DNA from: Acidobacteriota bacterium
GTDB taxonomy: Bacteria; Acidobacteriota; Vicinamibacteria; Vicinamibacterales; JAFNAJ01
Direction of reading: 5' to 3'
DNA length: 59,679 bases
Assembly: GCA_016789685.1 (NCBI GenBank)
Contig: JAEUQQ010000755.1
Coordinates: forward strand, 1-59,679
Of this stretch, positions 18,718 through 28,255 are shown in pieces. The notes beneath the pieces were generated by a model, which was not told the DNA's origin, did not search any database, and saw only the letters and a list, made by a program, of their open reading frames with translations. Within the stretch, counting starts at the first letter, position 1. Every line of letters begins with the position of its first letter. The translations under genes were made by a program, and so were the position numbers.

Positions 18718-20292
18718 ATGGCTACTGGTGACGCGCCATTGGCTGGCGCAGCTGACGCAACGTTCCGCGCCCTGCTCGAGGCTGCGCCCGACGCATTCGT
18801 GATCGTCGGCGCCGACGGGCGTATCGGGATGGTCAACGCGCAGGCAGAACTCCTGTTCGGCTACACGCGCGACGAGCTCATCGGCCGATCGGTCGACGAG
18901 CTGGTGCCGGAGCGCTTCCGTGGCCTGCACCCCGGGCACCGCGCGCAGTTCTCCGCCGACCCGCGCAGGCGACCGATGGGCACGGGCGTCGAGTTGTTCG
19001 GCCGCCGCAAGGACGGCACGGAGTTCCCGGCCGAGATCAGCCTGGCACCTGTCCCGACCCCGGCGGGCACCCTCGTGATGACGGCGATCCGCGACGTCAC
19101 CGAGCGTGCCCGCCTCGAAAAGCGGCTCGTCGAGGCGAGCCGGCTGAAGAGCGAGTTCCTCGCCAACATGTCGCACGAGCTGCGCTCGCCGCTCAACGCC
19201 ATCATCGGGTTCGCCGAACTGATGCACCGCGGCAAGGCCGGCCCCGTGTCTGACGAGCACCGCGAGTACCTGGGCGATATCCTCGCGAGCTCGCGTCACC
19301 TGCTGCTGCTCATCAACGACGTGCTCGACCTCGCGAAGGTCGAGTCAGGGCGCATGGAGTTCGTGCCCGAGCGCGTCGACATCGAGGAACTGGCCGACGA
19401 AGTCCGCGACGTCGTGCGCGGCCTGATCGTCAATCGCGATCTCACGATCACCGTGGATGTCGACCCCGCCGTCGACACGGTCGACATCGACGCGTCGCGC
19501 ACGCGGCAGATCCTCTACAACTTCATCTCGAACGCCATCAAGTTCACGCCCGACGGCGGCGCGATCCGCGTCCGCGTCGTCGGCGATGGACCCGACCGCT
19601 TCCGGATCGAGGTCGAAGACACGGGCGTCGGCATTGCGCCAGAGGACGTGTCGCGGCTGTTCGTCGCGTTCGAGCAGCTCGACCCCGGGGCGTCGAAGCG
19701 CTACGCCGGCACCGGGCTCGGGCTCGCGCTGACGAAGCGCATCGCCGAGGCACAGGGCGGGCACGTGGACGTGCACAGCGCGCCCGGCGGGGGCAGCACG
19801 TTCTCGGTGACGCTCCCGCGCCACGCGGGAGCGCCCGAGGCCCCGGAGCGGCACCGCGTCGCGCCGGCCGTCGGCTCGCGCACGGTGCTGGTCATCGACG
19901 ACGACCGGATGTCGCTGCACCTGGCGAACGCCGCGCTGCGCGACGCCGGCTTCACGCCCATCTGCCTCTCGGATCCCGAGCAGGCGCTCGCCGTCGCGGA
20001 GCGCGAGCCGCTCGCCGCGATCGTCGTCGACCTGCTGATGCCGGCCATCAACGGCTTCGAACTCGCGGCGCAGCTCCGCCAGATCGTCAGGCCGGAACTG
20101 CCGCTGATCGCCTGGACCGTGAAGGACCTGTCACGCAGCGAGCGGATGCGCCTGCAGTCGGGGGCCGTCGGCGTCGTGGGCAAGGACGCGACCGGGGCCG
20201 GCGGCCTGGTCGAAGCGCTGCGCGCCGCCACCGGGCGCACCGCGGCACCCGAGGCGGAACACGATGCCCGACACCATCCTGGCCGTCGATGA
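18718..20292 (+). CDS. PAS-domain hybrid sensor histidine kinase (PAS-HisKA-HATPase-REC)
   Basis: The PAS region is [15 protein letters not shown]...[16 protein letters not shown] and the H-box is [13 protein letters not shown] boxes are present ([10 protein letters not shown]). The C-terminal receiver reads VLVIDDD...VVDLLMP. Confidence 0.9.
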   Translation: MATGDAPLAGAADATFRALLEAAPDAFVIVGADGRIGMVNAQAELLFGYTRDELIGRSVDELVPERFRGLHPGHRAQFSADPRRRPMGTGVELFGRRKDGTEFPAEISLAPVPTPAGTLVMTAIRDVTERARLEKRLVEASRLKSEFLANMSHELRSPLNAIIGFAELMHRGKAGPVSDEHREYLGDILASSRHLLLLINDVLDLAKVESGRMEFVPERVDIEELADEVRDVVRGLIVNRDLTITVDVDPAVDTVDIDASRTRQILYNFISNAIKFTPDGGAIRVRVVGDGPDRFRIEVEDTGVGIAPEDVSRLFVAFEQLDPGASKRYAGTGLGLALTKRIAEAQGGHVDVHSAPGGGSTFSVTLPRHAGAPEAPERHRVAPAVGSRTVLVIDDDRMSLHLANAALRDAGFTPICLSDPEQALAVAEREPLAAIVVDLLMPAINGFELAAQLRQIVRPELPLIAWTVKDLSRSERMRLQSGAVGVVGKDATGAGGLVEALRAATGRTAAPEAEHDARHHPGRR

Positions 20293-20635
20293 CAACCCGC
20301 AGAACCTGAAGCTGGTGCGCCTCCTGCTCGCCGCCGAGGGACACCACGTGGTGACGGCCGCAGGTGCCGACGAGGCGCTGCGGGTGCTCGAGACCACTAC
20401 GCCCGCCGTCATCCTGATGGACCTGCAGATGCCGGGCATCGACGGCCTCGAGCTGACGCGGCGCCTCAAGGCCGACCCTGCACGCAGCGAGATCGTCGTC
20501 ATCGCGCTCACCGCCTACGCGATGCGCGGTGACCGGGAACGTGCGCTGGCGGCAGGCTGCGACGACTACGTGACCAAGCCGATCGACACGACCGCCCTGG
20601 TCAGCCTGGTGACACGGTGGCTCGAACGGGCGTGA
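20264..20635 (+). CDS. Single-domain CheY-like response regulator
   Basis: 123 aa with [11 protein letters not shown]...[12 protein letters not shown]...ALTAYAM...KP. It overlaps the kinase 3' end by 29 nt. Confidence 0.85.
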   Translation: MPDTILAVDDNPQNLKLVRLLLAAEGHHVVTAAGADEALRVLETTTPAVILMDLQMPGIDGLELTRRLKADPARSEIVVIALTAYAMRGDRERALAAGCDDYVTKPIDTTALVSLVTRWLERA

Positions 20636-20753
20636 CCGGCCCGGCGGTTCCCCCGGGTGTAGCCAGGAGCAGGCTTGACTCACCCCTGAGCACCACTCCC
20701 CCGCACGGCTGCACGCCCCACGCCCACGTCGTGCCTGGACCATCGCGTACCCG

Positions 20754-21200
20754 TCACCGCGTCGCGCGTGTGGCAGACGCCGCCTGCAGCGACTCGACGT
20801 GTCTGACTACATTGAACATCGCGAGGTGCGCGAACGACTCGGATGAGTAGTTGTCACGGAAGACCTGCGGCCAGTTGGCCATCGCGACGCGAGGCTTCGC
20901 CCCGCTGATGACGTGCTGGCTGACGTGCAGGGCGTTGAACGCGCGGTCGCGTTCGCAGATTCTCGTGAGATCCGGCACGGCCACCGTCAGGTGCTTCGCC
21001 GCAGGTCCGTCTCCGCGTCCTGCCTTCCCGTGACACACCGCACAGTAGGCATCGTAGACCTCGGGGCCGTCGATCGACGAGATGTGCCTGGCGGTAACCC
21101 ACTTGATACGCTCGGCCCCTGGCGACGCCGCCGCGCAGACGCCGAAGGCCACGGCGATCGCTGGCACCAGCTGTGACAGCGTGAAGACGACACGACGCAT
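20754..21200 (-). CDS. Small secreted c-type cytochrome
   Basis: The internal ATG at 21200 is preceded by a strong AGGAGG Shine-Dalgarno sequence. The signal-like N-terminus is MRRVVFTLSQLVPAIAVAFG and the haem motif is CAVCHGK. Confidence 0.7.
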   Translation of the reverse strand: MRRVVFTLSQLVPAIAVAFGVCAAASPGAERIKWVTARHISSIDGPEVYDAYCAVCHGKAGRGDGPAAKHLTVAVPDLTRICERDRAFNALHVSQHVISGAKPRVAMANWPQVFRDNYSSESFAHLAMFNVVRHVESLQAASATRATR

Positions 21201-21314
21201 CTCACACCTCCTGCGGCAGGGGCATCGGGGCGTGCGGCAACGCGCCGTCGCACGCGTGCCCATGTCCGCATAGGCGGAAACGGCCCCGAAGAACTGGCAC
21301 AGGAGCCGACGCCG

Positions 21315-21734
21315 AGATACCGCGTCGGCCGTGACGTTCGAACCATCCCACACCAGCCTGGTGCCGGAGATCGCCGACGCGACGCGCTGACCATTGGTCT
21401 GGCTCCACGTAAGGTGCGTCGCGGTATCGAGGAGGTGATCCCACACGCTCGGGAACCCTGCAAGGAAAGCTCACGTCGACCCGCTCGTGTACGTCTGGAA
21501 TCCGAGGCCGTGGGCGAACTCGTGAAGGGCCACCGCCGCGAGGTGCACCGCGTCGGCCGGAGGATTGCCGTCAATGCCCAGGTAGAACGGCTTCCCGGTC
21601 AGGCAACCGCTCTGCCCCAGGCGGCTGTTGAACCTCGCCCTGATGTCAGCCGTTCCGGGATCGACATCGAACCCCGTCAGGCTGTTCGCGCGCGGCGATA
21701 TCGGAATTGTCCGCGCCGTTCTGGCCGCAGGCAA
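21315..21734 (-). pseudogene. Decayed fragment of a secreted HExxH zinc metalloprotease
   Basis: One reading frame gives ...ADIRARFNSRLGQSGCLTGKPFYLGIDG...LHEFAHGLGFQTYTSGST, then an in-frame TGA at 21471-21473, then AFLAGFPSVWDHLLDTATHLTWSQTNGQRVASAISGTRLVWDGSNVT. A stop lies immediately upstream of 21734. The 3' side runs into the cytochrome c ribosome-binding site and start. Confidence 0.5.
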
Positions 21735-21918
21735 CTACGCCGGCTGGACCGGCGAGCAGCAGCAGACGTTCCTCGGCTTCAACCCGACCGGCGGCGGCAG
21801 CGGACGCCACCCGTAGCGCCCGCCGCCGGACGTCGCTCATACTTGCACGACACGAGAACGCGCGCGCGCAGACGTCGTCACCTGCCCGATCGCGCAAGGC
21901 TGTCACGCGTTCCCAGGA

Positions 21919-24480
21919 ATGAGGCGCTCCATGATCGCTCGTACGCACGTCGTCACGCTGGCCGTCGTTGTCCTTGCGGCGTCGGGTCGCGTCGCCGGCG
22001 GCCAATCCGCGCCCGTCGCCGGTGACACCGCGGCGCTCGCGCCGCGCCTCCAGGGGCTGGGCACGCACACCATGCGCGTGTCGAGCGACAACCCGGACGC
22101 CCAGGCGTTCTTCGACCAGGGACTGCGGCTGCTGTACGCCTTCAACCACGCGGAGGCACGGCGCGCGTTCCAGGAAGCCGCTCGGCTCGATCCCCGGTTG
22201 GCCATGGCGCGGTGGGGCGAAGCGATGACGCTTTCGGTGAACATCAATGCCCCGATGACGCCCGAGGCCGGCAGGCTCGCGTACGCGGCCGCCCGGGACG
22301 CTCGCGCCCTGGCGGGCTCGGCAAGTGCGCGAGAGCGCGCCCTCGTCGAGGCGCTCGCCACACGCTTTGCGCCCGACGGTGCGGCGCCGCGGCCACCCCT
22401 CGACCGCGCGTACGCCGAGGCGATGACTTCCGTTGCCGCGACCTTTTCCACTGACGTCGACGTGCAGACGCTGTACGCCGACGCGGTGATGAACACGATG
22501 GCCTGGGACTACTGGCGCAAGGACGGGACGCTCAAGCCCGAAGCGGAACCCGTACGTCTCGCGCTGGAACGCGCGATCGCGAGGGAGCCGAATCACCCTG
22601 GCGCGAACCACTACTACATCCACCTGATGGAAGGCTCAAGCACACCCGAAGCCGCGGAGCCCAGCGCCGAACGCCTCGGCGGACTCATGCCGGCGGCGGG
22701 CCACATGGTCCACATGCCCGCGCACATCTACCTTCGCGTGGGACGCTATGCCGACGCCGCCGAGGCCAACGTGCGCGCGATCGCGGCCGACGAGGACTAC
22801 CTGGCGCAGTGCCAGGCCCAGGGCCTCTACCCGGTCAGCTACTACCCGCACAACCTGCATTTCCTGTGGGCGGCGGCGACGATGGAGGGGCGTCGCGACG
22901 TGGCGATCTCGGCGGCGCGGCAGGTTGCCGCCAAGGTGCCGCATCACCATGCCGGCGCGCTCGCGTGGACGGCCGACTTCCCGGTGACGCCCTGGCTCGC
23001 CTACGTGCGCTTCGGTCGCTGGCAGGAGATGCTGACGGAACCCGCGCCACCGATCACCGAACCGTACGCGACGGGCATCTGGCGATACGGCCGCGGGCTC
23101 GCGTTCATCGCGCGCGGCGACGAGCGCCGGGCAGAGGCAGAAATCGAGGCGCTCGAGTCGGTGCAGGCACACGAGGCGTTTCGAACCGTCCTCAAGGACT
23201 CGCCCCTGCTCACGAACCTGCAGATCGCCGCGCGCATCGTCCGCGGTGAGCTGGCGTCGCGCCGGGGGAACCACGGCGATGCCGTTCGCCTGCTGCGAGA
23301 GGCGACGGCGCTCGAGGACGGCATTCCGTACAACGAGCCGCCCGTGTGGCACCAGGCGCCGCGGCACGTCCTGGGCGCACTGCTGCTGGCGGCCGGTGCC
23401 GCCGCCGAGGCCGAAGCCGAGTATCGGCGTGACCTCCAGCGATTCCGGCGCAATGGCTGGTCGTTGTTCGGGCTCTGGCAGAGCCTCGTCGCGCAGCAGC
23501 GGACCGACGAGGCGCAGCGCGTGCGCGCGGAGTTCGACCAGGCATGGGTCCGTGCTGACGTCACGCTGACCTCGTCGCGCATCATGACGAGCGATCTCAC
23601 GGCGCGCTCGGCCCGCGTGGGTCACCCGCCCGGGGGGCTTGCCGAGAAGTTCCTGGCGCTGTCGACGGGCGTCCGCATGGAGTACGTGGAGCAGGGCCCA
23701 GCTGACGGGTTGCCCGTGATCTTCCTGCACGGGGTCACCGACTCCTGGCGCTCGTTCGAGCGCGTGTTGCCGCTCCTGCCCGCGCACGTGCGCGCGTTCG
23801 CGATCTCGGCACGAGGCCACGGAGACTCGAGCCGGCCCGATCGCGGATATCTGATCGCGGACATGTCGGCAGATCTTCACGCGTTCACGACCGCCCTCAA
23901 GATCGACAAGGTCATCCTCGTCGGCCACTCGATGGGCGCGATGGTGGCGCAACGCTTCGCCGCCGACCATCCCGACCATGTGGCGGCCGTCGTCCTGGCG
24001 GGCGCCTTCGATACGTTGTTCCAGGATCGCGTGCTCGCCGACTTCTACCGGACCGCGATCGAACCGCTCGCGGATCCGATCGATGCAGGATTCGCCCGCG
24101 AGTGGCAGTTGAGCACCGTCGCGGGGTCGATGGACGCGGCGCACCTGGACGCGGTCGTCGCCGAAACGCTGAAGGTGCCCGCGCGCGTCTGGCGCGAGGC
24201 CTTCGGCGGGTTCCTCGCCACGCCGGACTTCACCGCTGACCTTCGCCGCGTCGCGGCCCCCGTACTCCTGGTGTGGGGAGACAAGGACGCGTACGTGGAC
24301 CGGCCCAGGCAGGATCGCCTGCTCGCGGCGCTCCCGGCGGCGCAGCTCACCGTCTACAAGGACGGCGGTCATGCCATGCACTGGGAGGATCCCGCGCGTT
24401 TCGCGTCCGACCTGGTCACGTTCCTGGCAACGGTGGAGCGTGCAGCCACCCACGCGGGCGGCCGTCACCCTCGCCAGTGA
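21919..24480 (+). CDS. Secreted fusion protein: TPR-like helical repeat domain (~560 aa) plus C-terminal alpha/beta-hydrolase domain
   Basis: Signal-like N-terminus. The helical-repeat region contains HPGANHYYIHLMEGS. The C-terminal part has VIFLHGVTDSW and the nucleophile elbow GHSMGA. Confidence 0.75.
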   Translation: MRRSMIARTHVVTLAVVVLAASGRVAGGQSAPVAGDTAALAPRLQGLGTHTMRVSSDNPDAQAFFDQGLRLLYAFNHAEARRAFQEAARLDPRLAMARWGEAMTLSVNINAPMTPEAGRLAYAAARDARALAGSASARERALVEALATRFAPDGAAPRPPLDRAYAEAMTSVAATFSTDVDVQTLYADAVMNTMAWDYWRKDGTLKPEAEPVRLALERAIAREPNHPGANHYYIHLMEGSSTPEAAEPSAERLGGLMPAAGHMVHMPAHIYLRVGRYADAAEANVRAIAADEDYLAQCQAQGLYPVSYYPHNLHFLWAAATMEGRRDVAISAARQVAAKVPHHHAGALAWTADFPVTPWLAYVRFGRWQEMLTEPAPPITEPYATGIWRYGRGLAFIARGDERRAEAEIEALESVQAHEAFRTVLKDSPLLTNLQIAARIVRGELASRRGNHGDAVRLLREATALEDGIPYNEPPVWHQAPRHVLGALLLAAGAAAEAEAEYRRDLQRFRRNGWSLFGLWQSLVAQQRTDEAQRVRAEFDQAWVRADVTLTSSRIMTSDLTARSARVGHPPGGLAEKFLALSTGVRMEYVEQGPADGLPVIFLHGVTDSWRSFERVLPLLPAHVRAFAISARGHGDSSRPDRGYLIADMSADLHAFTTALKIDKVILVGHSMGAMVAQRFAADHPDHVAAVVLAGAFDTLFQDRVLADFYRTAIEPLADPIDAGFAREWQLSTVAGSMDAAHLDAVVAETLKVPARVWREAFGGFLATPDFTADLRRVAAPVLLVWGDKDAYVDRPRQDRLLAALPAAQLTVYKDGGHAMHWEDPARFASDLVTFLATVERAATHAGGRHPRQ

Positions 24481-24663
24481 GGAGGCGGCCGCCTGTGCAG
24501 CGCGTGTCGCCCGGCCTGCTTCACGCGCTCACCCGTCGTGCGATCGAGCCCTTCGTAGAGGCCGTCGGACGAGGTGGCCACTGCCGGGCATCCCGTCACC
24601 GTGCGCGCCGTGGATCAAGGCACAACCGTGCCTGCGCGGGGCCGCGGTGGCGGGCCGAAGGCG

Positions 24664-26112
24664 CTACGGCGACACCGCCGCGCTCGTCCGGCGCATCAGC
24701 CGCGAGGCCCGCTCCCACGCAGCCTCACCCACCCGCCTGCCGAGCCGCTGGCCCTCGACGTCGGCCTGCTCGAAGTGGATGCCGCCGAGGCGCCGCGAGT
24801 AGCCCGCTTCTCGCGCGGCCTCGCTGAACGTCGCCCACGACAGCACGATGGCCCGCGCCGGGACTCGGCGCGGCTCGATCACCGACGACCCCGCTGCGAC
24901 CGTGTGCGAGAGATCCATGCGATCGCTGCCGGTGAAACGCCGCAGGATCTCGGCCGCCGCGGCGCTGAACGTGCTGTGTCCCGAGACATACTCGGGGAAG
25001 GGCGGCGTGACCTGGTTGGCGCGCTGGTAGGGCATCCACGCCTCGCCGGCGATCTCGCGCGTGCCCTGGCCCGGGCCTCCCCAGGCCCGCACGCGCGTCG
25101 CCGCGTACAGGTGACGGATGGCCGTGATCGGCCTGACGTAGTCGTAGTGCATCTTCGCGTCCCACGCGGCGATCGAGGCGTCCATCAGCGCGTTGTTGAG
25201 CACGAAGAACATCTGCACGTCGTCTCGGAGCGCGTGGGCGTCGCGCCGCGAGACCTGCTGGGCGAGCAGGTTCCAGTGGCCCGGCGGCGTCTCGCTCTGC
25301 GGGCCGTCCATCCAGTACTCGACGATGGCCTTGTCGTGGTCGGTGAGCGACGCCGAGATGCGGAGCAGGTCGTCGGCCTGCGCGGTGAACACCGCACCGG
25401 GATACCGCGCGGGCGCTGGCGGCCGCGTCGCCGAACCCACCTTGAACGCAAACGTCTCGACGCGCCCCCAGTGCGGCACCAGGCAGGTGGACGAGGCCAG
25501 CGTTGACGATACGACGGGACGCCACCGCCCTGGGTCGACCAGGGTCGTCAGCGTGTTCACGGGCCTGTAGCCCGTGTAGTCGGAGTACGGCGCGCCGCCG
25601 TTCTCGTCGCCCAGCTGGTTGGCGCCGTCACGATGACGCTCCGCGAGGACGCGCGCGCACGCGGCGCGACCAACGCCCTGCGGGTCACCCGGCGCGATCG
25701 TGCGCGTCGGCACCAGGCCGAGTCGCGTCATCTGGTCGCGTGCGACCTGCCGGTGCCGCGGAAACACGTCGAGAAACGCCCAGTAGGCCGATTCGTTGAG
25801 CGCGGCGTGTTGCATCTCGGGCCGGCGTTCGCCAGCCGGCCGGCGCCCGCGCGCCCCGGCCTGGGTGCCAACCGCCTCGTCGTCGTAAGCGGCCCAGGCG
25901 TCGTAGATGCAGGTGTGCAGGATGGCGAGCGCCCGCGCCGCCACGGGCGGTCCCATCTTCGACTCGCGGATCGCCTGCAACGCGAGAGCGTTCCACTGCA
26001 CCGCCTCGTTGTCGCCGGCAAGGACGTCGGGCGGACGCGACTGGGCGTCGGCGCGATGCGGGGCGACGATCAGGAGAGCCGACAGGCCGTATGCCAGCAG
26101 TCGTGGGTGCAT
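24664..26112 (-). CDS. Secreted PAP2-superfamily protein, vanadium-haloperoxidase/acid-phosphatase-like
   Basis: The signal peptide is MHPRLLAYGLSALLIVAPHRADAQ. PAP2 motifs PPFPEYVSGHSTFSAAAAEIL and SRRLGGIHFEQAD are present. It starts 8 bp downstream of the giant gene on the same strand. Confidence 0.75.
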   Translation of the reverse strand: MHPRLLAYGLSALLIVAPHRADAQSRPPDVLAGDNEAVQWNALALQAIRESKMGPPVAARALAILHTCIYDAWAAYDDEAVGTQAGARGRRPAGERRPEMQHAALNESAYWAFLDVFPRHRQVARDQMTRLGLVPTRTIAPGDPQGVGRAACARVLAERHRDGANQLGDENGGAPYSDYTGYRPVNTLTTLVDPGRWRPVVSSTLASSTCLVPHWGRVETFAFKVGSATRPPAPARYPGAVFTAQADDLLRISASLTDHDKAIVEYWMDGPQSETPPGHWNLLAQQVSRRDAHALRDDVQMFFVLNNALMDASIAAWDAKMHYDYVRPITAIRHLYAATRVRAWGGPGQGTREIAGEAWMPYQRANQVTPPFPEYVSGHSTFSAAAAEILRRFTGSDRMDLSHTVAAGSSVIEPRRVPARAIVLSWATFSEAAREAGYSRRLGGIHFEQADVEGQRLGRRVGEAAWERASRLMRRTSAAVSP

Positions 26113-26119
26113 GGCGTCC

Positions 26120-28255
26120 TCACTGGATCCTGAACGAGTAGGCGGCGAAGGCGCCGTTCGCGCCCGTCACCCGGATGGTGTACGTGCCGGTCGCCGGCAG
26201 CGTCCGGTTGCCGGGATCGGCCACGCATCCCGACATCTGGAGGTTGCTGAACACCACTTCGCCCGACGGCCCGGTCACGCTCCAGCGCAGATCGGGGAAC
26301 CCGCCGCACGGGTTCAGGCTGTCGAAGTTCACCACCTGCGACGCCGTGCCGCTGAAGGTGTAGACATCCGACGCGCCAGGCGTCTCGAGCCGGCCCGCAT
26401 CGTCGACCGGGACGTTGTCTGACACCGTGTCGCCAACCGCGATCGCGATGGGCGTGGGCGTCGGCACGTTCCAGGCGGTGACCGTGTAACCGGTGTAGTT
26501 GGGATTGACGGGCGTGTACGCGCCGTTGAAGCCGAACACCGTGATGGTGTAGGTGCCGGTCTGCGGCAGCGTGCGCTCGCCGGCGTCGACGACGCATCCG
26601 CTGATCTGCGCGCTCACGAACAGGTCGCTGCCGTCGGGGTTCTTCACGCTCCAGCGGAGATCCTGGAACCCCGACCCACACGGGTTGTCACTGTCGAAGT
26701 ACACCTTCTGGCCGGCCGTGCCCGAGAACGTGTAGATGTCGGTGGCCCCCGGTTGCTCGAGATTGCCCGCACCGGCTGCCGGCACGCCGCTCGAGATCGT
26801 CTGGTTCAACGCGATCGCGATCGGCGCTGGCGGATTCGCATTCCACAGCGTCACCTTGTACCCAGTGTAGTTGGGGTTGACCGGCGTGTAGGCGCCGTTG
26901 AAGCCAGACACGATCACCGTGTACGTCCCGGTCTGCGCCAAGGTGCGCTCGCCGACATCGAGCACGCACCCGCTGATCTGCGCGTTCGCGAACAGGTCAC
27001 TGCCATCGGGATTCCTCGCGGTCCAGCGGAGGTCCTGGAACCCCGACCCACACGGGTTGTCGCTGTCGAAGTACACCTTCTGCCCCGCGGTCGCGGTGAA
27101 CGTGTAGACGTCGGTCGTGCCTGGCTGCTCGAGGTTGCCCGCACCGGCTGCCGGCACGCCACTCGAGATCGTCTGGTTCAGCGTGATCGCGATCGGCGCC
27201 GGCGGATTCGCGTTCCACATCGTCACCCTGTACCCGGTGTAGTTGGGATTGACGGGCGTGTACGCGCCGTTGAAGCCGGACACCGTCACCGTGTAGGTGC
27301 CCGTCTGTGTCAGCGTGCGCTCGCCGGCATCGAGCACGCACCCGCTGATCTGCGCGTTCGCGAACAGGTCGGAGCCGTCGGGGTTCTTCACGCCCCACCG
27401 CAGGTCCTGGAAACCGGCGCCGCACGGGTTGTCGCTGTCGAAGTACACCTTCTGTCCCGCGGTCGCCGTGAACGTGTAGATGTCCACGAGCCCCGGGTGC
27501 TCGAGGTTACCCGCGCCGGCCGCCGGCACGCCGCTCGAGATCGTCTGGTTGAGCGACACGGCAATCGGCGCCGGGTGGTTCGCATTCCACACGGTGGCGC
27601 GGTAGCCCGTGTAGTTGGCGTTGCCCGGTGTGTAGGCATCGTTGAAGCCGAAGACCGTGACGGTGTAGGTCCCCGTCTGCGCGAGCACGCGTTCGCCGGT
27701 GTCGGCCACGCACCCGTTGATCCCGCTGCTGACGAAGAGATCGCTGCCATCGGGGTTCTTCACGCTCCACCGGATGTCCTGGAAGCCTCCGCCACAGGGG
27801 TTGTCGCCGTCGAAGTAGACGCGTTGACCGGCGGTCGCCGTGAACACGTAGACGTCGGTCATGCCCGGCCACTCGATGTTGCCGGCGCCTGCGGCGGGCA
27901 CGCCACTCGAGATCGTCTGGTCGAGGGTGATGGGCACCGGCACGGGCGTCGGGAGGTGCCAGATCTTCAACACGTAGGCGCTGGTGGCCCCGCTCACGCC
28001 GAACACGCGGACCTTGTAGACACCAGACAGTGGCAGCGTCTTCGTGCCCTGGTCGGCGACGCACGCCGACAGGCCCGCGTTCGAGATCAGCAGCGCACCA
28101 GAAGGATCGGTCACGTCGTAGCGCAGGTCCTGGAATCCGCCGCCGCAGGCATTCTGCGCGTCGAAGAAGACGCGCTGCCCGGCCGTCGCCGTGAAGCTCC
28201 AGGTCTGCTCCGCACCCGGCGTCGCGATGTTGCCGTTGATCGTGAAGTGCTCGCC
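26120..28255 (-). repeat. In-frame tandem array with 372-bp period (six PPC-like units; the four central units 26444-27931 are the most similar)
   Basis: The protein repeats are about 124 aa each and very similar by eye, for example I[TA]LNQTISSGVPAAGAGNLE.PG..D[VI]YTF..TAGQKVYFDSDNPCG.GFQDLRW...NPDGSDLF. Antisense mini-ORFs in the track end at 26363, 26735, 27107 and 27479, which is exactly 372 bp apart. Confidence 0.85.

Noticed and set aside
21471-21473. In-frame TGA in the metalloprotease-like frame, considered as selenocysteine or programmed read-through.
   Set aside because: The frame is truncated at both ends (TAG just upstream of 21734; it runs into the cytochrome c start region). 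I noticed no SECIS-like hairpin, and the position is a Gly in the intact homologues I recall. A pseudogene is the simpler explanation.
22636-24468. 610-aa minus-strand ORF, and 21646..22623 (325 aa), opposite the TPR/hydrolase fusion gene.
   Set aside because: No motifs, Arg-rich, and fully antisense to a gene with a hydrolase catalytic signature.
26120-28255. Regularly spaced 372-bp repeats considered as a possible CRISPR or satellite array.
   Set aside because: The period is far too long for CRISPR and there is no spacer/repeat alternation. The repeats are in frame and encode PPC-like protein domains within the giant gene.
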